Of a DNA stretch of 64,000 nt, positions 63,640-64,000 are shown in pieces. The notes under the pieces are model-generated. The model was not told the origin of the DNA. It was given only the letters and a program-made list of their open reading frames with translations, and made no database searches. Both the position numbers and the translations under genes were made by a program. The stretch is from an uncultured Rikenella sp. Its GTDB lineage: Bacteria; Bacteroidota; Bacteroidia; Bacteroidales; VadinHA17. Within the stretch, counting starts at the first letter, position 1. Each line of letters begins with the position of its first letter. The stretch covers positions 85,906 to 149,905 of the forward strand of contig CAYPKP010000001.1 of assembly GCA_964411345.1 (NCBI GenBank), given 5' to 3'.

Positions 63640-64000
63640 ATGACTGAAAAGTCTGCTATCTTTACGGCTTCATTATTTGCGGGTTTGACTAAACTGAATG
63701 ATATACTGCAGGGTTTTGAGCCGGTAGGTCTTGACGGGACATATATTGTCAGGTATATGAACCGCATTGACACCAAGTACCTCTTCCCGGTAAGCAAGCT
63801 GCCGCTGCTCCTGCAGAGTGTACGGTCGCTGTACTCTGCGCTCGAGATAGAGAACGAACGTGAGTTCTGCTACAAGACGGTTTACTTTGATACTCCCGAC
63901 CTGATCTTCTACCTTCAGCATGTAACGGGAAAACTGAACAGGACAAAAGTCAGGGTCAGAAGCTATGAGAGCAACGGTCTCACTTTTCTTGAGGTCAAGC
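63640..64000 (+). CDS. VTC (polyphosphate polymerase-like / CYTH-like) domain protein, 3'-truncated by window edge
   Basis: Not in the ORF track because it has no stop codon within the window. It runs from ATG 63640 with 120 open codons. The translation reads MTEKSAIFTASLFAGLTKLNDILQGFEPVGLDGTYIVRYMNRIDTKYLFP...YKTVYFDTPDLIFYLQHVTGKLNRTKVRVRSYESNGLTFLEVK, which resembles the N-terminus of bacterial VTC-domain proteins. Confidence 0.7.
   Translation, partial: MTEKSAIFTASLFAGLTKLNDILQGFEPVGLDGTYIVRYMNRIDTKYLFPVSKLPLLLQSVRSLYSALEIENEREFCYKTVYFDTPDLIFYLQHVTGKLNRTKVRVRSYESNGLTFLEVK

Overview
This 64-kb chromosomal window looks like a Bacteroidota genome. The evidence is a T9SS C-terminal sorting domain, TAnnTTTG -7 promoter boxes about 21-24 nt upstream of start codons with almost no Shine-Dalgarno sequences, a MoxR/DUF58/BatA-E aerotolerance operon, a long-form YidC, and GH92/GH130/GH18 enzymes. 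I annotate about 55 protein genes, one tRNA-Arg(TCT) and one cobalamin riboswitch. I saw no rRNA, CRISPR array, transposase, integrase or prophage.

Gene order:
- 5'-truncated DUF349 gene, pyrG, yidC.
- LacI regulator, transglutaminase/PNGase-like lipoprotein, GH92 mannosidase.
- A B12-riboswitch operon: btuB-like receptor, propeller lipoprotein, T9SS serine protease, btuFCD.
- TlpA-like redoxin, ComB-like phosphatase, YihY, DUF452/BioG.
- AraC regulator plus two tandem fused aconitase-family (LeuC-LeuD type) hydro-lyases.
- tRNA-Arg, trkH, csp, methyltransferase/epimerase pair, glpK.
- HExxH-TPR protein, DUF4105 protein, the 9-gene Bat operon.
- A signal-less molybdopterin oxidoreductase with a fused FeS/membrane-anchor subunit.
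- Cys/Met PLP enzyme, ung, ltaE.
- A kamA / ATP-grasp / ATP-grasp / GNAT / DUF486 operon.
- GH130, GH18, DMT transporter, sulfatase, and a 3'-truncated VTC-domain gene that is absent from the ORF track.

The best candidate for an undescribed system is the 5-gene beta-lysine operon at 53752-57792. It has lysine 2,3-aminomutase plus two ATP-grasp ligases, an acetyltransferase and a small exporter. Next in interest are the secreted protease embedded in the B12-uptake operon, the eukaryotic-PNGase-like lipoprotein next to GH92, and the AraC-linked tandem LeuCD fusions.

All functional calls come from reading motifs and domain architecture by eye. No database search was possible.
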